Of a DNA stretch of 64,000 nucleotides, positions 22,088 through 31,975 are shown piece after piece. Position 1 is the stretch's first letter. Every line of letters begins with the position of its first letter. Below the pieces are notes generated by a model, which saw nothing but the letters and a program-made list of their open reading frames with translations, did no database searches and had not been told where the DNA came from. The position numbers were made by a program, and so were the translations under genes. The stretch comes from an uncultured Peptococcaceae bacterium (GTDB taxonomy: Bacteria; Bacillota; Dehalobacteriia; UBA4068; UBA4997): positions 7,987-71,986 of the forward strand of contig CANSKT010000003.1 in NCBI GenBank assembly GCA_947647555.1, read 5' to 3'.

Positions 22088-23098
22088 TTACTCCCAAATC
22101 TGCGGCTGACTGGCTAAATCAATTTTTATTACCGTACCCTCGTCAAGCACAGAATGTGCCCAAATGCGATGTCCCAAATTAGCGCAAATACGCTGACAGA
22201 GATACAAACCCAAACCGCTGGCTTTCTGCTGACCGGGCAAGCTGACCGTATCAAGCGCCCGGCCGTTTTGACCGGTATAGCCCTGGTCAAAAATGCGCGC
22301 CAAATCCTCCGGCGCAATGCCAATGCCAGTATCCGCCACGCAAAGAGTAAGCGGCGGCTCCAGCGAAATAGTAATTGTATTTTCCCGGGGCGGTGCAACA
22401 TCTGGCGTATATTTCAAAGCGTTAGCCAGAACCTGCTCCAGCACAAAAAGCAGCCAGCGCGCGTCCGTCAGGGCGCTCACGCCAAAGGGCTGGTAATTCA
22501 GACGCAGACGACGGCGAATAAACTGGGGCGCAAAATGGCGCACCGCCTGCTGCACCACATCGTCCAAATCCGTCTGCCGAATAACATAATCGCTGGCCTT
22601 GGCCTCCAAATGCAAATAGGTCAACAGCATTTCCACATAACTTTCAATCTCCTGCACCTGCTCCAGCGGCTCGCCTTGCAGCTGTAAACGCAGCGCCGCC
22701 AGCGGCGTTTTAATCTGATGTCCCCAAACGGTAAAATAATCTGTCATATTGCGACAAACCGCCTGCGTCGCTTCCAGCTGCTGCTGTTTATAATCGCAGA
22801 CTTCCATAAAAATATCGTGCCAGTCCTGTTCCAACAAATTTTTAGGCGGCGGCAGCTGGTGATAATCCACCTGTAAAACCGCACTCAGCCCCTGCATTGC
22901 CAAATGCAGGCGCCGCCAACGCCAATAATCGACTGCCACAAACAACAGGCTAACCAGCAGACAAACCAGCAGCGCATAAAACAGTGTGAAAAGCGGCAGC
23001 TGATAAAGCCAAAAAATAGCAAACAGAAGCAGCGCCAAAATCGGCGGCAGAAGCAGGCCCAACAAATGATTTTGCAAATACTTCAGGAAAATCTGCAT
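22088..23098 (-). CDS. Intramembrane-sensing histidine kinase (BceS/GraS-like)
   Basis: 336-aa ORF. Two N-terminal TM helices have almost no external loop, followed by an H-box (WGHQIKTPLAAL) and HATPase motifs. Confidence 0.8.
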   Translation of the reverse strand: MQIFLKYLQNHLLGLLLPPILALLLFAIFWLYQLPLFTLFYALLVCLLVSLLFVAVDYWRWRRLHLAMQGLSAVLQVDYHQLPPPKNLLEQDWHDIFMEVCDYKQQQLEATQAVCRNMTDYFTVWGHQIKTPLAALRLQLQGEPLEQVQEIESYVEMLLTYLHLEAKASDYVIRQTDLDDVVQQAVRHFAPQFIRRRLRLNYQPFGVSALTDARWLLFVLEQVLANALKYTPDVAPPRENTITISLEPPLTLCVADTGIGIAPEDLARIFDQGYTGQNGRALDTVSLPGQQKASGLGLYLCQRICANLGHRIWAHSVLDEGTVIKIDLASQPQIWE

Positions 23099-23128
23099 AT
23101 TGCCGCCGCCTTTCTGTTTTTGACTAAA

Positions 23129-23800
23129 TTAAAGGATAACATAACCCAGACCTTTTTTGGTGCTGATAAAATCCGTCAGGCCAATCGCGTCCAGCTTTTT
23201 GCGCAGGCGCGCCACACTGACCGTCAGCGTATTTTCATCAATAAAACTGTTTGTTTCCCAAAGCCGCTCCATTAAAGTGTTACGGCTGACTACACTGCCC
23301 TGATTTTCCAGTAAAACCTGTAAAATGCGCAGGTCATTTTTGCTTAAATCCAATCGCTGTTCCTGATAAGTCAGGCTTGCATTGCCAATATTCAGCTTGG
23401 CGCCCCGGTGCTGCAAGGCAACGGTCTGACCCGTAAAATTATAGGCCCGGCGCAGCGCCGCCTGAATTTTCGCCGTCAACACGGTTAAATCAAACGGCTT
23501 GGCAATAAAATCATCAGCGCCCTGATTGATAGCCATTACAATATTCAAATTATCAGCCGCCGAAGAAATGAAGATTATCGGCACCCTGGAAATTTGACGA
23601 ATTTGTTCACACCAATGATAACCGTTAAAATACGGCAGAGAAATATCCAGCAGCACCAGTTGGGGGTCATATGCTAAAAACTCGGCCAGAATATCCCGGA
23701 AATTACTGGCCGTCTTAATTTCCAACCCCCAAGCCGTAATGTGGCGGCAAATGGCCTGCGCAATAGCCCGGTCATCTTCCACCAGCAAAATTTTATACAT
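23129..23800 (-). CDS. OmpR-family response regulator (BceR/GraR-like)
   Basis: 223-aa ORF with a REC domain (LLVEDD, LLDISLPYFNG, KPFD) and a winged-helix C-terminus. Confidence 0.9.
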   Translation of the reverse strand: MYKILLVEDDRAIAQAICRHITAWGLEIKTASNFRDILAEFLAYDPQLVLLDISLPYFNGYHWCEQIRQISRVPIIFISSAADNLNIVMAINQGADDFIAKPFDLTVLTAKIQAALRRAYNFTGQTVALQHRGAKLNIGNASLTYQEQRLDLSKNDLRILQVLLENQGSVVSRNTLMERLWETNSFIDENTLTVSVARLRKKLDAIGLTDFISTKKGLGYVIL

Positions 23801-23975
23801 AAACGCCCCTCCTCGTTCCTATATTTTAACAATTTTTAAAACAAAAAGCAAGCCCACACCTTACGGCGCAGGCTTGCACTTTTCTTTCAATTCTATCTGT
23901 CTTACCTAAATTGCAACAAATAATAGCGGCCCTCCACTCATAGAAACGCGGCTGTTATTTTATAGGCCAAAAAGC

Positions 23976-24004
23976 TTGACAAATTGCCTGTATATGTATA
24001 AAAT
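23976..24004 (+). promoter_or_regulatory. Sigma-A promoter upstream of the ybaK-like gene
   Basis: TTGACA, a 17-nt spacer, then TAAAAT. Confidence 0.6.
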
Positions 24005-24091
24005 AAACAGATAGTCTATTAAAAAGCTAGGTAATAAAATTTTAAGCATAAAAAGCAATTACCGCAATTTCTTACAGGAGGTATAAACATA

Positions 24092-24571
24092 ATGTTAGAA
24101 AAAGTTAAACAGTATTTAACAAGTCAGGGACTGGCCGACCGTATTCTGGAATTTACAGAACCGGGAGCCAGCGCCACGGTAGAAATGGCGGCCAAAGCCG
24201 TTGGCTGTGAGCCGGCGCATATCGCCAAAAGTCTGGCTTTTATTGAGCCGGAAAACGGCTGTCTGTTAATTGTGGCGGCTGGCGACGCCAAAGTTGACAA
24301 CTCTCGCTTCAAGCAGGAATTTGGTTTCAAAGCCAAAATGCTGCCGGCCGCTGATGCCGAGAGCGTAATCGGCCATGCAGTGGGCGGCGTTTGTCCCTTT
24401 GCCATAAATCCCGGTGTTAAAGTGTATCTTGACGAATCACTGCGCCGTTTTACAACCGTTTATCCGGCCGCCGGCAACAGCAGCAGCGCGGTGCGCTTAA
24501 ATCTGGAAGAATTGGAACGCCTGAGCAACAGTCAGAAATGGGTCAATGTCTGCAAAGGTTGGCAGGATTAA
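24092..24571 (+). CDS. YbaK/ProX-type aminoacyl-tRNA deacylase domain protein
   Basis: 159-aa ORF. The GHAVGGVCPF motif and its size are typical of YbaK/EbsC family proteins. Confidence 0.75.
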   Translation: MLEKVKQYLTSQGLADRILEFTEPGASATVEMAAKAVGCEPAHIAKSLAFIEPENGCLLIVAAGDAKVDNSRFKQEFGFKAKMLPAADAESVIGHAVGGVCPFAINPGVKVYLDESLRRFTTVYPAAGNSSSAVRLNLEELERLSNSQKWVNVCKGWQD

Positions 24572-24601
24572 ATAAATATGAACAATTAAGGATATTATAA
24601 T

Positions 24602-25252
24602 ATGAAAGAAAAATATTTTCCCACACTTTTAGCTGATTTTATTTATGCCGTTTTGGCCGGTCTGGCCATTGGCCTGGGCGGCGCCGTTTTTCTGGCCATT
24701 GACAACAAAATTCTCGGCGCCCTGTTCTTCACCGTTGGCCTGTTTACCGTCTGCGTTAACGGCTTCAACCTGTTCACCGGCAAGGTGGGCTATACCTGGG
24801 GACAACCCCCGTCATACCTGCTGTTTCTGCTGGTGGTTTGGCTGGGCAATCTGCTCGGCACCTGTGCGGTGGCCGCGCTGTTAAACCTGACGCGTTTGTC
24901 ATCAGCCTTTGCCGAAAAAGCCGGCAGTATAGCCGCGGTTAAGCTGGCCGACGGCGCTTTAAGCATTTTTGTGCTTGCTGTTTTTTGTAATATATTAATG
25001 TATATTGCCGTTGACGGTTTCCGCAGTAACGGCCATGAACTGGGCAAATATCTGGGTCTGTTCTTTGGCGTAGCCGTTTTTATTATCTGCGGCTTTGAAC
25101 ACTGCGTTGCTAACATGTTTTATTTTGCCATGGCCGGCGCATGGAACGCCCACACCTGGCTTTGGCTGCTGATTATGACGCTGGGCAACGCCGTTGGCGG
25201 CTTACTGCTGCCCGGCTGCCGTATATTAAAAGACAAATTGCAGAATTTATAA
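24602..25252 (+). CDS. Formate/nitrite transporter (FNT) family protein, short form
   Basis: 216-aa ORF with about six TM helices. It carries the FNT-like motifs GFNLFTGK and GFEHCVANMFYF. Confidence 0.75.
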   Translation: MKEKYFPTLLADFIYAVLAGLAIGLGGAVFLAIDNKILGALFFTVGLFTVCVNGFNLFTGKVGYTWGQPPSYLLFLLVVWLGNLLGTCAVAALLNLTRLSSAFAEKAGSIAAVKLADGALSIFVLAVFCNILMYIAVDGFRSNGHELGKYLGLFFGVAVFIICGFEHCVANMFYFAMAGAWNAHTWLWLLIMTLGNAVGGLLLPGCRILKDKLQNL

Positions 25253-25300
25253 AATATAGTCAATTCTGGCAAAATGCAGAAAATGAGGTGATTTAAAAAG

Positions 25301-26032
25301 ATGTTAGAATTAAAAAATATATATTTTCAGGCTGCTGACCGTGATATTCTGCATGACGTCAGCCTGCAAATTGCTGATAACCGTTTTGTAGTAATAACCG
25401 GCCCCAATGGCAGTGGCAAAACCACGCTGGCCCGGTTGATTATGGGTATTGAAAAGCCCAGTCAGGGTCAGATAATTTTCAACGGCCAGGATATTACAGA
25501 TTTGGGGATAACCGAGCGTGCCCGGCTGGGTTTAAGCTTTGCCTTTCAGCAGCCGGTTCGTTTCAAAGGTTTAACCGTAACCGATTTAATTTCTCTGGCC
25601 GCCGGCACGGATAAAAAACTTTCCACCGCAGAGGTTTGCGAATACCTTTCTGAAGTAGGTTTATGCGCCCGTGATTATGTCAATCGGGAGGTAGACGGCA
25701 AACTTTCCGGCGGCGAATTAAAACGCATAGAAATTGCCGGTCTGCTGGCGCGCGGCGACCAAACCAAACTGGCCGTATTCGACGAGCCAGAAGCAGGCAT
25801 TGACCTCTGGAGTTTTAACAATCTGATTGAAGTTTTTACCAATCTGCGCACTCAAAGCGCCGCAAGCATAATCGTAATCTCACATCAGGAGCGCATCTTG
25901 GCGATTACCGATGAATTGATAGTACTTTCCGGCGGTCAAATTGCCAGCCAGGGCAAACGGGAAACCATTCTGCCCCAGCTTATCAATATTGATTACAAAT
26001 ACAGCTGCAAAGGAGGGGCGCGCAATGACTAA
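25301..26032 (+). CDS. sufC: SufC-like ABC ATPase
   Basis: Walker A (GPNGSGKTT), LSGGELKR and FDEPEAGID motifs. It is translationally coupled to a SufB/D-family gene. Confidence 0.75.
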   Translation: MLELKNIYFQAADRDILHDVSLQIADNRFVVITGPNGSGKTTLARLIMGIEKPSQGQIIFNGQDITDLGITERARLGLSFAFQQPVRFKGLTVTDLISLAAGTDKKLSTAEVCEYLSEVGLCARDYVNREVDGKLSGGELKRIEIAGLLARGDQTKLAVFDEPEAGIDLWSFNNLIEVFTNLRTQSAASIIVISHQERILAITDELIVLSGGQIASQGKRETILPQLINIDYKYSCKGGARND

Positions 26033-26954
26033 ACAACTGGACGGCATCACCAGAAACCTGCTGACCGCCGTGGCGGATTTGCATGACACGCCCAGCGGCG
26101 CCTATAACCTGCGCCTGAACGGCCAATCCGGCGGCCGGCGCAGCACCACCAACATTCAAATTACCACCAAAGAGGACAAGCCCGGCATTGACGTGCACAT
26201 CAAGCCCGGCACGGTCAATGAAAGCGTGCATATTCCGGTGGTATTGAGTGAAAGCGGCCTGACAGAAACGGTTTACAATGATTTCTATATCGGCGAGGGC
26301 GCTGATGTGATAATCGTGGCCGGCTGTGGTATTCATAACGGCGGCGCGGACAAAGCCGAGCATGACGGACTGCACCGTTTCTTTGTCGGCCGTGGTGCGC
26401 GCGTGCGCTATATTGAAAAACATTACGGCGAGGGCGACGGCAGCGGTCAGCGCATTATGAACCCACACACGGTGGCAGAATTAGCACCGGACTCCTACCT
26501 GGAAATGGAAACTGTACAGATTAAAGGCGTAGATTCCACCATTCGCCGCACCGACGCTATTTTGCAAAACGGCGCTACACTGGTGGTTAAGGAAAAAATT
26601 ATGACCCACGGCAACCAGCTGGCAGAAACGCATTTTAATGTGGAAATGAACGGAGCCGGCGCAGCTTGCAGCGTTTCATCTCGTTCCGTGGCGGCTGGCC
26701 AAAGCCAGCAGATATTCTGCTCCAACATTGTCGGTAATGCGCCTTGCAACGGACATTCAGAATGTGACGGCATTATCATGGACTCTGCCAAAATATCCGC
26801 CATTCCGGAAATTGTTGCCAATCATCTGGACGCCAGTTTAATTCATGAAGCAGCCATCGGCAAAATTGCCGGTGAACAGATATTAAAACTGCAAACATTA
26901 GGTTTAACTGAAGCAGAGGCAGAAGCCCAAATAATTAGCGGCTTCTTAAAATAA
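26025..26954 (+). CDS. SufB/SufD-family Fe-S assembly protein
   Basis: The start MTKQLDG (ATG 26025) overlaps the sufC stop; the ORF track starts at 25941. The C-terminus LIHEAAIGKIAGEQILKLQTLGLTEAEAEAQIISGFL is the SufBD signature region. Confidence 0.75.
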   Translation: MTKQLDGITRNLLTAVADLHDTPSGAYNLRLNGQSGGRRSTTNIQITTKEDKPGIDVHIKPGTVNESVHIPVVLSESGLTETVYNDFYIGEGADVIIVAGCGIHNGGADKAEHDGLHRFFVGRGARVRYIEKHYGEGDGSGQRIMNPHTVAELAPDSYLEMETVQIKGVDSTIRRTDAILQNGATLVVKEKIMTHGNQLAETHFNVEMNGAGAACSVSSRSVAAGQSQQIFCSNIVGNAPCNGHSECDGIIMDSAKISAIPEIVANHLDASLIHEAAIGKIAGEQILKLQTLGLTEAEAEAQIISGFLK

Positions 26955-27104
26955 TTTTTTTCGGGCATATCGGTTTTTTCTCAAAAAAACTTATTTACAG
27001 ACCTGCCGAAATATGCTAAAATATAAGAAACAGTCCGAGTTTTTGCCGAAAGAGGGAGATACAGTTACATTGGGAGTTTCCAAAACAAAGGGTGAATAGA
27101 CTAT

Positions 27105-27569
27105 ATGGATAACATTGATTTGGTCATATTAAAAATTTTACAGGACAACGGGCGTGAAACAGCCTCCAGCATCAGCAAACGCATACATCTTTCCGTTTCT
27201 GCCGTGCTGGATAGAATTCATAAGCTGGAGGAAAACGGTGTTGTAAAAAAATATACCGTACTGTTAGATTCGCGCAAGTTAGGTTATGATGTATTGGCTG
27301 TGATGGAAGTGCGTTTAGAACACCCGCGCTTTTATGATAGCTTTGTAGAGGCGGTGCAGGGCAACCCAAATATCGTGGATTGCTATTATCTTACAGGGGA
27401 TTTTGATTTTAACCTGAAAATTTGCTGTCGTTCTTCAGAGGAGTTAGAAGATTTGCATCGTTTTGTAAAAGAAATCCCCGGTGTTTCCGGCACAATCACA
27501 CATTATGTACTGAAAGAAGTAAAGAATATCTATGAGGTATCGCCCACAGGAACAGATGAAGCCATCTAA
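27105..27569 (+). CDS. Lrp/AsnC-family transcriptional regulator
   Basis: 154-aa ORF with an N-terminal HTH (DLVILKILQDNGRETASSISKRIHLSVSAV) and a RAM-type C-terminal domain. Confidence 0.88.
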   Translation: MDNIDLVILKILQDNGRETASSISKRIHLSVSAVLDRIHKLEENGVVKKYTVLLDSRKLGYDVLAVMEVRLEHPRFYDSFVEAVQGNPNIVDCYYLTGDFDFNLKICCRSSEELEDLHRFVKEIPGVSGTITHYVLKEVKNIYEVSPTGTDEAI

Positions 27570-27818
27570 CCCGGGCGAATAGCCAAAACACAGCTAAAGC
27601 TTGATGATGTCTTAAGGATAAAACTCTGGGCTAACTGCAAAAAAAAATAATAATACCGGTGCTTACCCCAAGCGCCGGTATTTATTGTATGAATAACCTA
27701 ACGCCGCCGTTTTGCAAAAAAAGCGCCGTTAGGTTATTTTGTCGGCAAATACATTGACAAACACCGCCTAAAAAACTATAATAATAATAAAAACACATTC
27801 TGAAAGGAGGCATTTTTT

Positions 27819-28721
27819 ATGAACTTAACAATCATGGGCTCTGTTAATTCCTATACCAAAACCATGAAATTACAAACCCAGTGGCAGATTAAACAAAAAA
27901 ACGGCGATTATAACAGCCATAAAAAAACGCTGGAAGAATGGGTAAACACTACCAGGCAGGCGCTGAAAAAAGGCCAGCTTGGCATAGACGATGATGAAGA
28001 AAAAAGTCAGCAAAAAATGCGCTCCATCATGAATAAGCTATACAACGGCAAAAAGCTGACCGATGAGGAGCGGCGTTACCTGCGGATAAAAAACCCTCAA
28101 GCCTATGCCAAAATGTGTTTTACGGAACAGGAACAAAAAGCTTATGAGCGCAGACTACGGCGCTGTCGCACCAAAGAAGAAGTGCAGCGCTTAAAAATGA
28201 CCTGTCTGGCTTCCTCCTTAAGCACTGTTAACGCCGTAGCCAACAATCCGCATATCTCAACAGAAAAAAAGCTGGAGGTCTGCATGCAGGAGAAAATCCG
28301 CTGTGATAAATTGCAGGCCAGCACTCGTGCATTTGTCCGCAGCGGCGCCTATCATCGCCTGCCCAGCGAGGTAGAGTTAGCCAAAAACAAACACAAAAAA
28401 CCGATAATCCAGACCAAACCTTTGCCCAAACCACCGGAAAAACCAGAAGAACCGGACATTGAAAAACCAGCGGAACCAAAACCGCCAGAAATACCAGGCC
28501 AACCAGAAACTGAAAAACCCGGCCAACCGGGCGTTGACTCCAAACCGGAAAATCCCGGTCCCAACCCTCAACCGGACCGCCCAGCCAACACACCCGGCAA
28601 TACAAAACCTGAACAGCCTAAAATATATCGGAGTAAAAGACAGGCGGCACACGCAGCTTACGCTGCCATTTATCATGCGGCGCAGCCTTCCGGACTGCCA
28701 GCCTTGAATATTCAGGCCTAA
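27819..28721 (+). CDS. Hypothetical protein with a Lys/Glu-rich helical N-half and a proline-rich (KPxxP) C-terminal tract
   Basis: 300-aa ORF preceded by AAAGGAGG. The tract PKPPEKPEEPDIEKPAEPKPPEIPGQPETEKPGQPG... is present. I recognise no family. Confidence 0.55.
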   Translation: MNLTIMGSVNSYTKTMKLQTQWQIKQKNGDYNSHKKTLEEWVNTTRQALKKGQLGIDDDEEKSQQKMRSIMNKLYNGKKLTDEERRYLRIKNPQAYAKMCFTEQEQKAYERRLRRCRTKEEVQRLKMTCLASSLSTVNAVANNPHISTEKKLEVCMQEKIRCDKLQASTRAFVRSGAYHRLPSEVELAKNKHKKPIIQTKPLPKPPEKPEEPDIEKPAEPKPPEIPGQPETEKPGQPGVDSKPENPGPNPQPDRPANTPGNTKPEQPKIYRSKRQAAHAAYAAIYHAAQPSGLPALNIQA

Positions 28722-28736
28722 AATTACCATAAATAA

Positions 28737-28768
28737 AAGGCATATCGTTTAAACAGACGATATGCCTT
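28737..28768. terminator. Bidirectional terminator between convergent genes
   Basis: 12-bp stem (AAGGCATATCGT ... ACGATATGCCTT). Confidence 0.7.
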
Positions 28769-28791
28769 GTTAATTGCCAAATTATGTTAGA

Positions 28792-29706
28792 TTATGAACA
28801 CTGCAAAATCAGCCAGACGTTATCAAAATTAAGCGCTGCCAAATCCTGCTTTTTTATCCAGAAATAAATATGACCCACATCACCGAACATCAACTCAAAA
28901 TCGCCGTCTTCCACCGTTCCCATCTGAAACAGCAAAAGCCAATCCTGGCTGGCCTGCTCAATCTCTGCCTGCAAGTTCTCCGCCATTTCCTGCGGCTCGC
29001 CATCGTAAATACCCCGAGAAACTTTCTCGCACTGAAATTCCATCGGATTTTGAATAACATTCGGCCAGCCAAGCAGCTTGGTAGTTTCACTCCAACCGTC
29101 CTCCGGTGGTATGCAGCCATACTCCGCGCGCATTTCTTCATAATCGTCCCAATCCAGATTATCGGCCTCCTCCGGAAACTGCCGAGGAATATCCTGCGTC
29201 GGCGGTAAATACATAAAATTACCACAATCCGGCAGTTCTGTTCCATTCGTCAGCTTCACCACAAATTCCGGAAGCTGATAATCCTGCTCCAAATCAGCCG
29301 GAAATTCACAACGCGCAAAAACCGAAGTATCCGCAAAATAATAAACCCGAGCGCAGCCTTTATCTGTTGGGTCAAAACCCCATTTCTCTGTATACAGCTC
29401 ATAAAAGAAAGTCAGCAGACCCGTTTTCGGTAACAAATTCTCTTTATCAAATTCCGCTGCCTCGGCCAAATTAATCTGCGCCATAAAAGTCAGCGGCCGA
29501 TTAACCGGAGTTTCATCAAGATAGCCCTTGCCCTCATAATAAGGCCAAACAAAATCCGCCGGCAAATCAGGCCGGCCGCCAATCTTGCTCCGCCCCACGG
29601 CAACGGGCTCCGCCGCTGGTTGATAGGCCAGATATACGGCATTCCTTTGCAGCTGCTCAAACATCGTAAACATGGCCTGCTTAAAATCATGCGCCATATT
29701 TATCAC
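28792..29706 (-). CDS. DUF1963 (YwqG-family) protein
   Basis: 304-aa ORF. The SKIGGRPDLPADFVWP and LTFMAQINLAE pattern is typical of YwqG-like proteins. Confidence 0.7.
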   Translation of the reverse strand: MINMAHDFKQAMFTMFEQLQRNAVYLAYQPAAEPVAVGRSKIGGRPDLPADFVWPYYEGKGYLDETPVNRPLTFMAQINLAEAAEFDKENLLPKTGLLTFFYELYTEKWGFDPTDKGCARVYYFADTSVFARCEFPADLEQDYQLPEFVVKLTNGTELPDCGNFMYLPPTQDIPRQFPEEADNLDWDDYEEMRAEYGCIPPEDGWSETTKLLGWPNVIQNPMEFQCEKVSRGIYDGEPQEMAENLQAEIEQASQDWLLLFQMGTVEDGDFELMFGDVGHIYFWIKKQDLAALNFDNVWLILQCS

Positions 29707-29709
29707 CCC

Positions 29710-30033
29710 TTACAAAATCATTTCAATAATTCGCTCTGAAATAAACACTACCGCGCTGGCCGCAACCGCCACAAACAACAGGCTCTTTTCCCGATAAGCA
29801 AAGAATAGCGCCGTCAAACCGCCCAAAACCGCCGCCGCCACATAAGTGGTAGAGGTAAAAATCGCCGGCACGGTCATTGCGCCCAAAACAGCATAAGGCA
29901 CATAATACAAAAAGGAACGCAGAAAATTATTGGTAATTTTTTTGGTAAACAACACCAGCGGCAGTAACCGAATTAAATACGTAACCAGCGCCATAACGCC
30001 AATATAGGCCAGCAAAGATGCATTACTCATCAA
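29710..30033 (-). CDS. azlD: Branched-chain amino-acid exporter small subunit AzlD
   Basis: 107-aa hydrophobic ORF overlapping the end of azlC. Confidence 0.8.
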   Translation of the reverse strand: MMSNASLLAYIGVMALVTYLIRLLPLVLFTKKITNNFLRSFLYYVPYAVLGAMTVPAIFTSTTYVAAAVLGGLTALFFAYREKSLLFVAVAASAVVFISERIIEMIL

Positions 30034-30733
30034 ACTCGGCCTCCTTCAGCGGAAAACGCCAGGCCGCAAAAACCGCCGCCAGCAATGTGCAGATTATAAT
30101 GATAAAGCCGCTGCCCAAGCCGACAAAAACCGGCAGCCATTGCAGCAGACAGCTTAAAGCCACCGCCAACAGAATAACCACCACAATCGCCCTGTTCTGT
30201 TTGGCCGGTGGAATAATAATCGCCAGAAACATACCATAAATAGCAATACCCAGCGCCGAGGCCAAAGAAGCCGGCAGAAAATCCCCGGCTGCCGCGCCAA
30301 ACAGCGTACCAGCCGCCCAGCCAAGATATGGCATACAAATCAAACCGAACATATAAGCCCGGCCAACCTCGCCCGGCCGCCCGGCCGCCACAGCAAAAAC
30401 CTCGTCCGTATTGACAAAGGCAATCAAAAAACGGTCACACAGACGCACCGTAGCGTCAAGTTTCTGGGAAAGCGAAAGGCTCATCAAAGCATAACGCATA
30501 TTAATAATCAACTGGGAAAGTGCAATCTCCAACAAAGAACCACAGGCCGCAATAACCTGCAAACCGGCAAACTGCCCGGCAGAGGTCACATTGCTCATCG
30601 AAATTAAAACCGGCGACCAAAGCGGCAGCCCAAGCGCCACCGCCGCCAAACCAAAGGTAAAGGCCACCGAAAAATAGCCCAAACCAATCGGCACGCCGTC
30701 ATGCAACCCTTTAGTAAAATTATTATTAATCAT
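30023..30733 (-). CDS. azlC: Branched-chain amino-acid exporter AzlC
   Basis: 236-aa multi-TM ORF with AzlC-like sequence (GVPIGLGYFSVAFTFG). Confidence 0.82.
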   Translation of the reverse strand: MINNNFTKGLHDGVPIGLGYFSVAFTFGLAAVALGLPLWSPVLISMSNVTSAGQFAGLQVIAACGSLLEIALSQLIINMRYALMSLSLSQKLDATVRLCDRFLIAFVNTDEVFAVAAGRPGEVGRAYMFGLICMPYLGWAAGTLFGAAAGDFLPASLASALGIAIYGMFLAIIIPPAKQNRAIVVVILLAVALSCLLQWLPVFVGLGSGFIIIICTLLAAVFAAWRFPLKEAEFDE

Positions 30734-30742
30734 ATCTTAAAA

Positions 30743-31963
30743 TCAATAGAAATCAGGATTAAACAGCTTTTGCAAAAGACTAATACCGTCCGGCAACAAC
30801 AGGTTCTGCGCAGCCGCGCGTGCTTCATCATGCACCACAGAATTAGTCATAACATGGTGGCGACTGTCAAACAAAACAAATGGCACAGCGTCCCGAGCAT
30901 GTGTACGAATTTTCAGCGGCGTAAAATGGTCAGGCAAAATAAGCATACGATAATCCTCGCCCATAGCCTGCATGGCCTCCAAAATCGGCGGTATTGTTTC
31001 AGTATCAATATGTTCAATCGCGCTGATTTTCTTTTGCAGCAAACCCTGATGCCCACTTTCGTCCGGAGCCTCAATATGCACATACACAAAATCGCCGCCG
31101 CCTTTCAGATAAGCCGCCGCCAACTCGCCTTTACCACGGAAATCCGTATCCACACTGCCCGTAGCCGAAGAAAGATATAAAACGTCCATACCGGCGGAAA
31201 GACCAATGCCGCGCAGCAAATCAACCGCGCTGATAATGCCGCCCTTTAACTGCCAACGCTCATTAAACACTGGCAAAACCGGCTTAACACCCGGCCCCCA
31301 AAGCCAGATAGCATTCGCATAACCCTCGCCTTTGGCCGCCTTGGCCAGATTATAAGGCTGACGCGCCAAAATCTCACCGGCACGCTGCATATAAGCCAGC
31401 ATGGCCTCCGCGCTCTCGCCCTGCGGCAAATGGTCGCCAATCCGCTCGCCCAGCATATCATGAGGCGGCGTATAAGTAGTATCATTTTTTGCGCCGCGGC
31501 AAAGCAGCAAATGCCGATAAGAAACCCCCGGAAAAATGGTCTGCTGCTCATTGTTCATCTCGGCCGCCACCGCCTTAATCAGCTCAACCGCGTCCACCGT
31601 GGCAATCTCACCGCCGGAATAATCCAGCATACGCCGGTCAGCATAATTTGGCTCATCAGATAACTGCACCAGATTAGCGCGCAGCGTTAAATCGCCGTCA
31701 TTCAGCGGCACTCCGGCCGAAACCGCCTCCAAAGAAGAACGCCCTTTATAAAACTGCTCCGGCGGATAGCCCAGAATAGAAAGGTTAGCCACATCAGAAC
31801 CAGGCGTAAACTGCGGCGGCACCGTCTGGCAAAGACCAGTAACGCCCCCGGCCGCCATCGCATTAATATGCGGCTTATTCGCCACGCTCATCGGCGTTTT
31901 GCCGTCCAACTCCGGACAAGGCCAGTCCGCCATGCCGTCCGCCAAAATCACAACATATTTCAT
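30743..31963 (-). CDS. Archaeal-type cofactor-independent phosphoglycerate mutase family protein (ApgM / proposed homoserine kinase type)
   Basis: 406-aa ORF. MKYVVILADGMADWP...GKTPMSVANKPHINAMA...PGSDVANLSILGY is the metalloenzyme-superfamily ApgM pattern. Confidence 0.8.
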   Translation of the reverse strand: MKYVVILADGMADWPCPELDGKTPMSVANKPHINAMAAGGVTGLCQTVPPQFTPGSDVANLSILGYPPEQFYKGRSSLEAVSAGVPLNDGDLTLRANLVQLSDEPNYADRRMLDYSGGEIATVDAVELIKAVAAEMNNEQQTIFPGVSYRHLLLCRGAKNDTTYTPPHDMLGERIGDHLPQGESAEAMLAYMQRAGEILARQPYNLAKAAKGEGYANAIWLWGPGVKPVLPVFNERWQLKGGIISAVDLLRGIGLSAGMDVLYLSSATGSVDTDFRGKGELAAAYLKGGGDFVYVHIEAPDESGHQGLLQKKISAIEHIDTETIPPILEAMQAMGEDYRMLILPDHFTPLKIRTHARDAVPFVLFDSRHHVMTNSVVHDEARAAAQNLLLPDGISLLQKLFNPDFY

Positions 31964-31975
31964 AAAATCATCTCC

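Noticed and set aside
23848-23877. Terminator-like hairpin (GCAAGCC...GGCTTGC) in the spacer upstream of the response-regulator gene.
   Set aside because: No gene reads into it from either side. The stem is short with a 16-nt loop and it overlaps the likely -35 of the two-component system operon, so its function cannot be assigned.
28228-28730. Several minus-strand ORFs (125, 117 and 70 aa) opposite the proline-rich gene.
   Set aside because: They are artefacts of the repetitive CCN/GGN-rich tract read in antisense frames.
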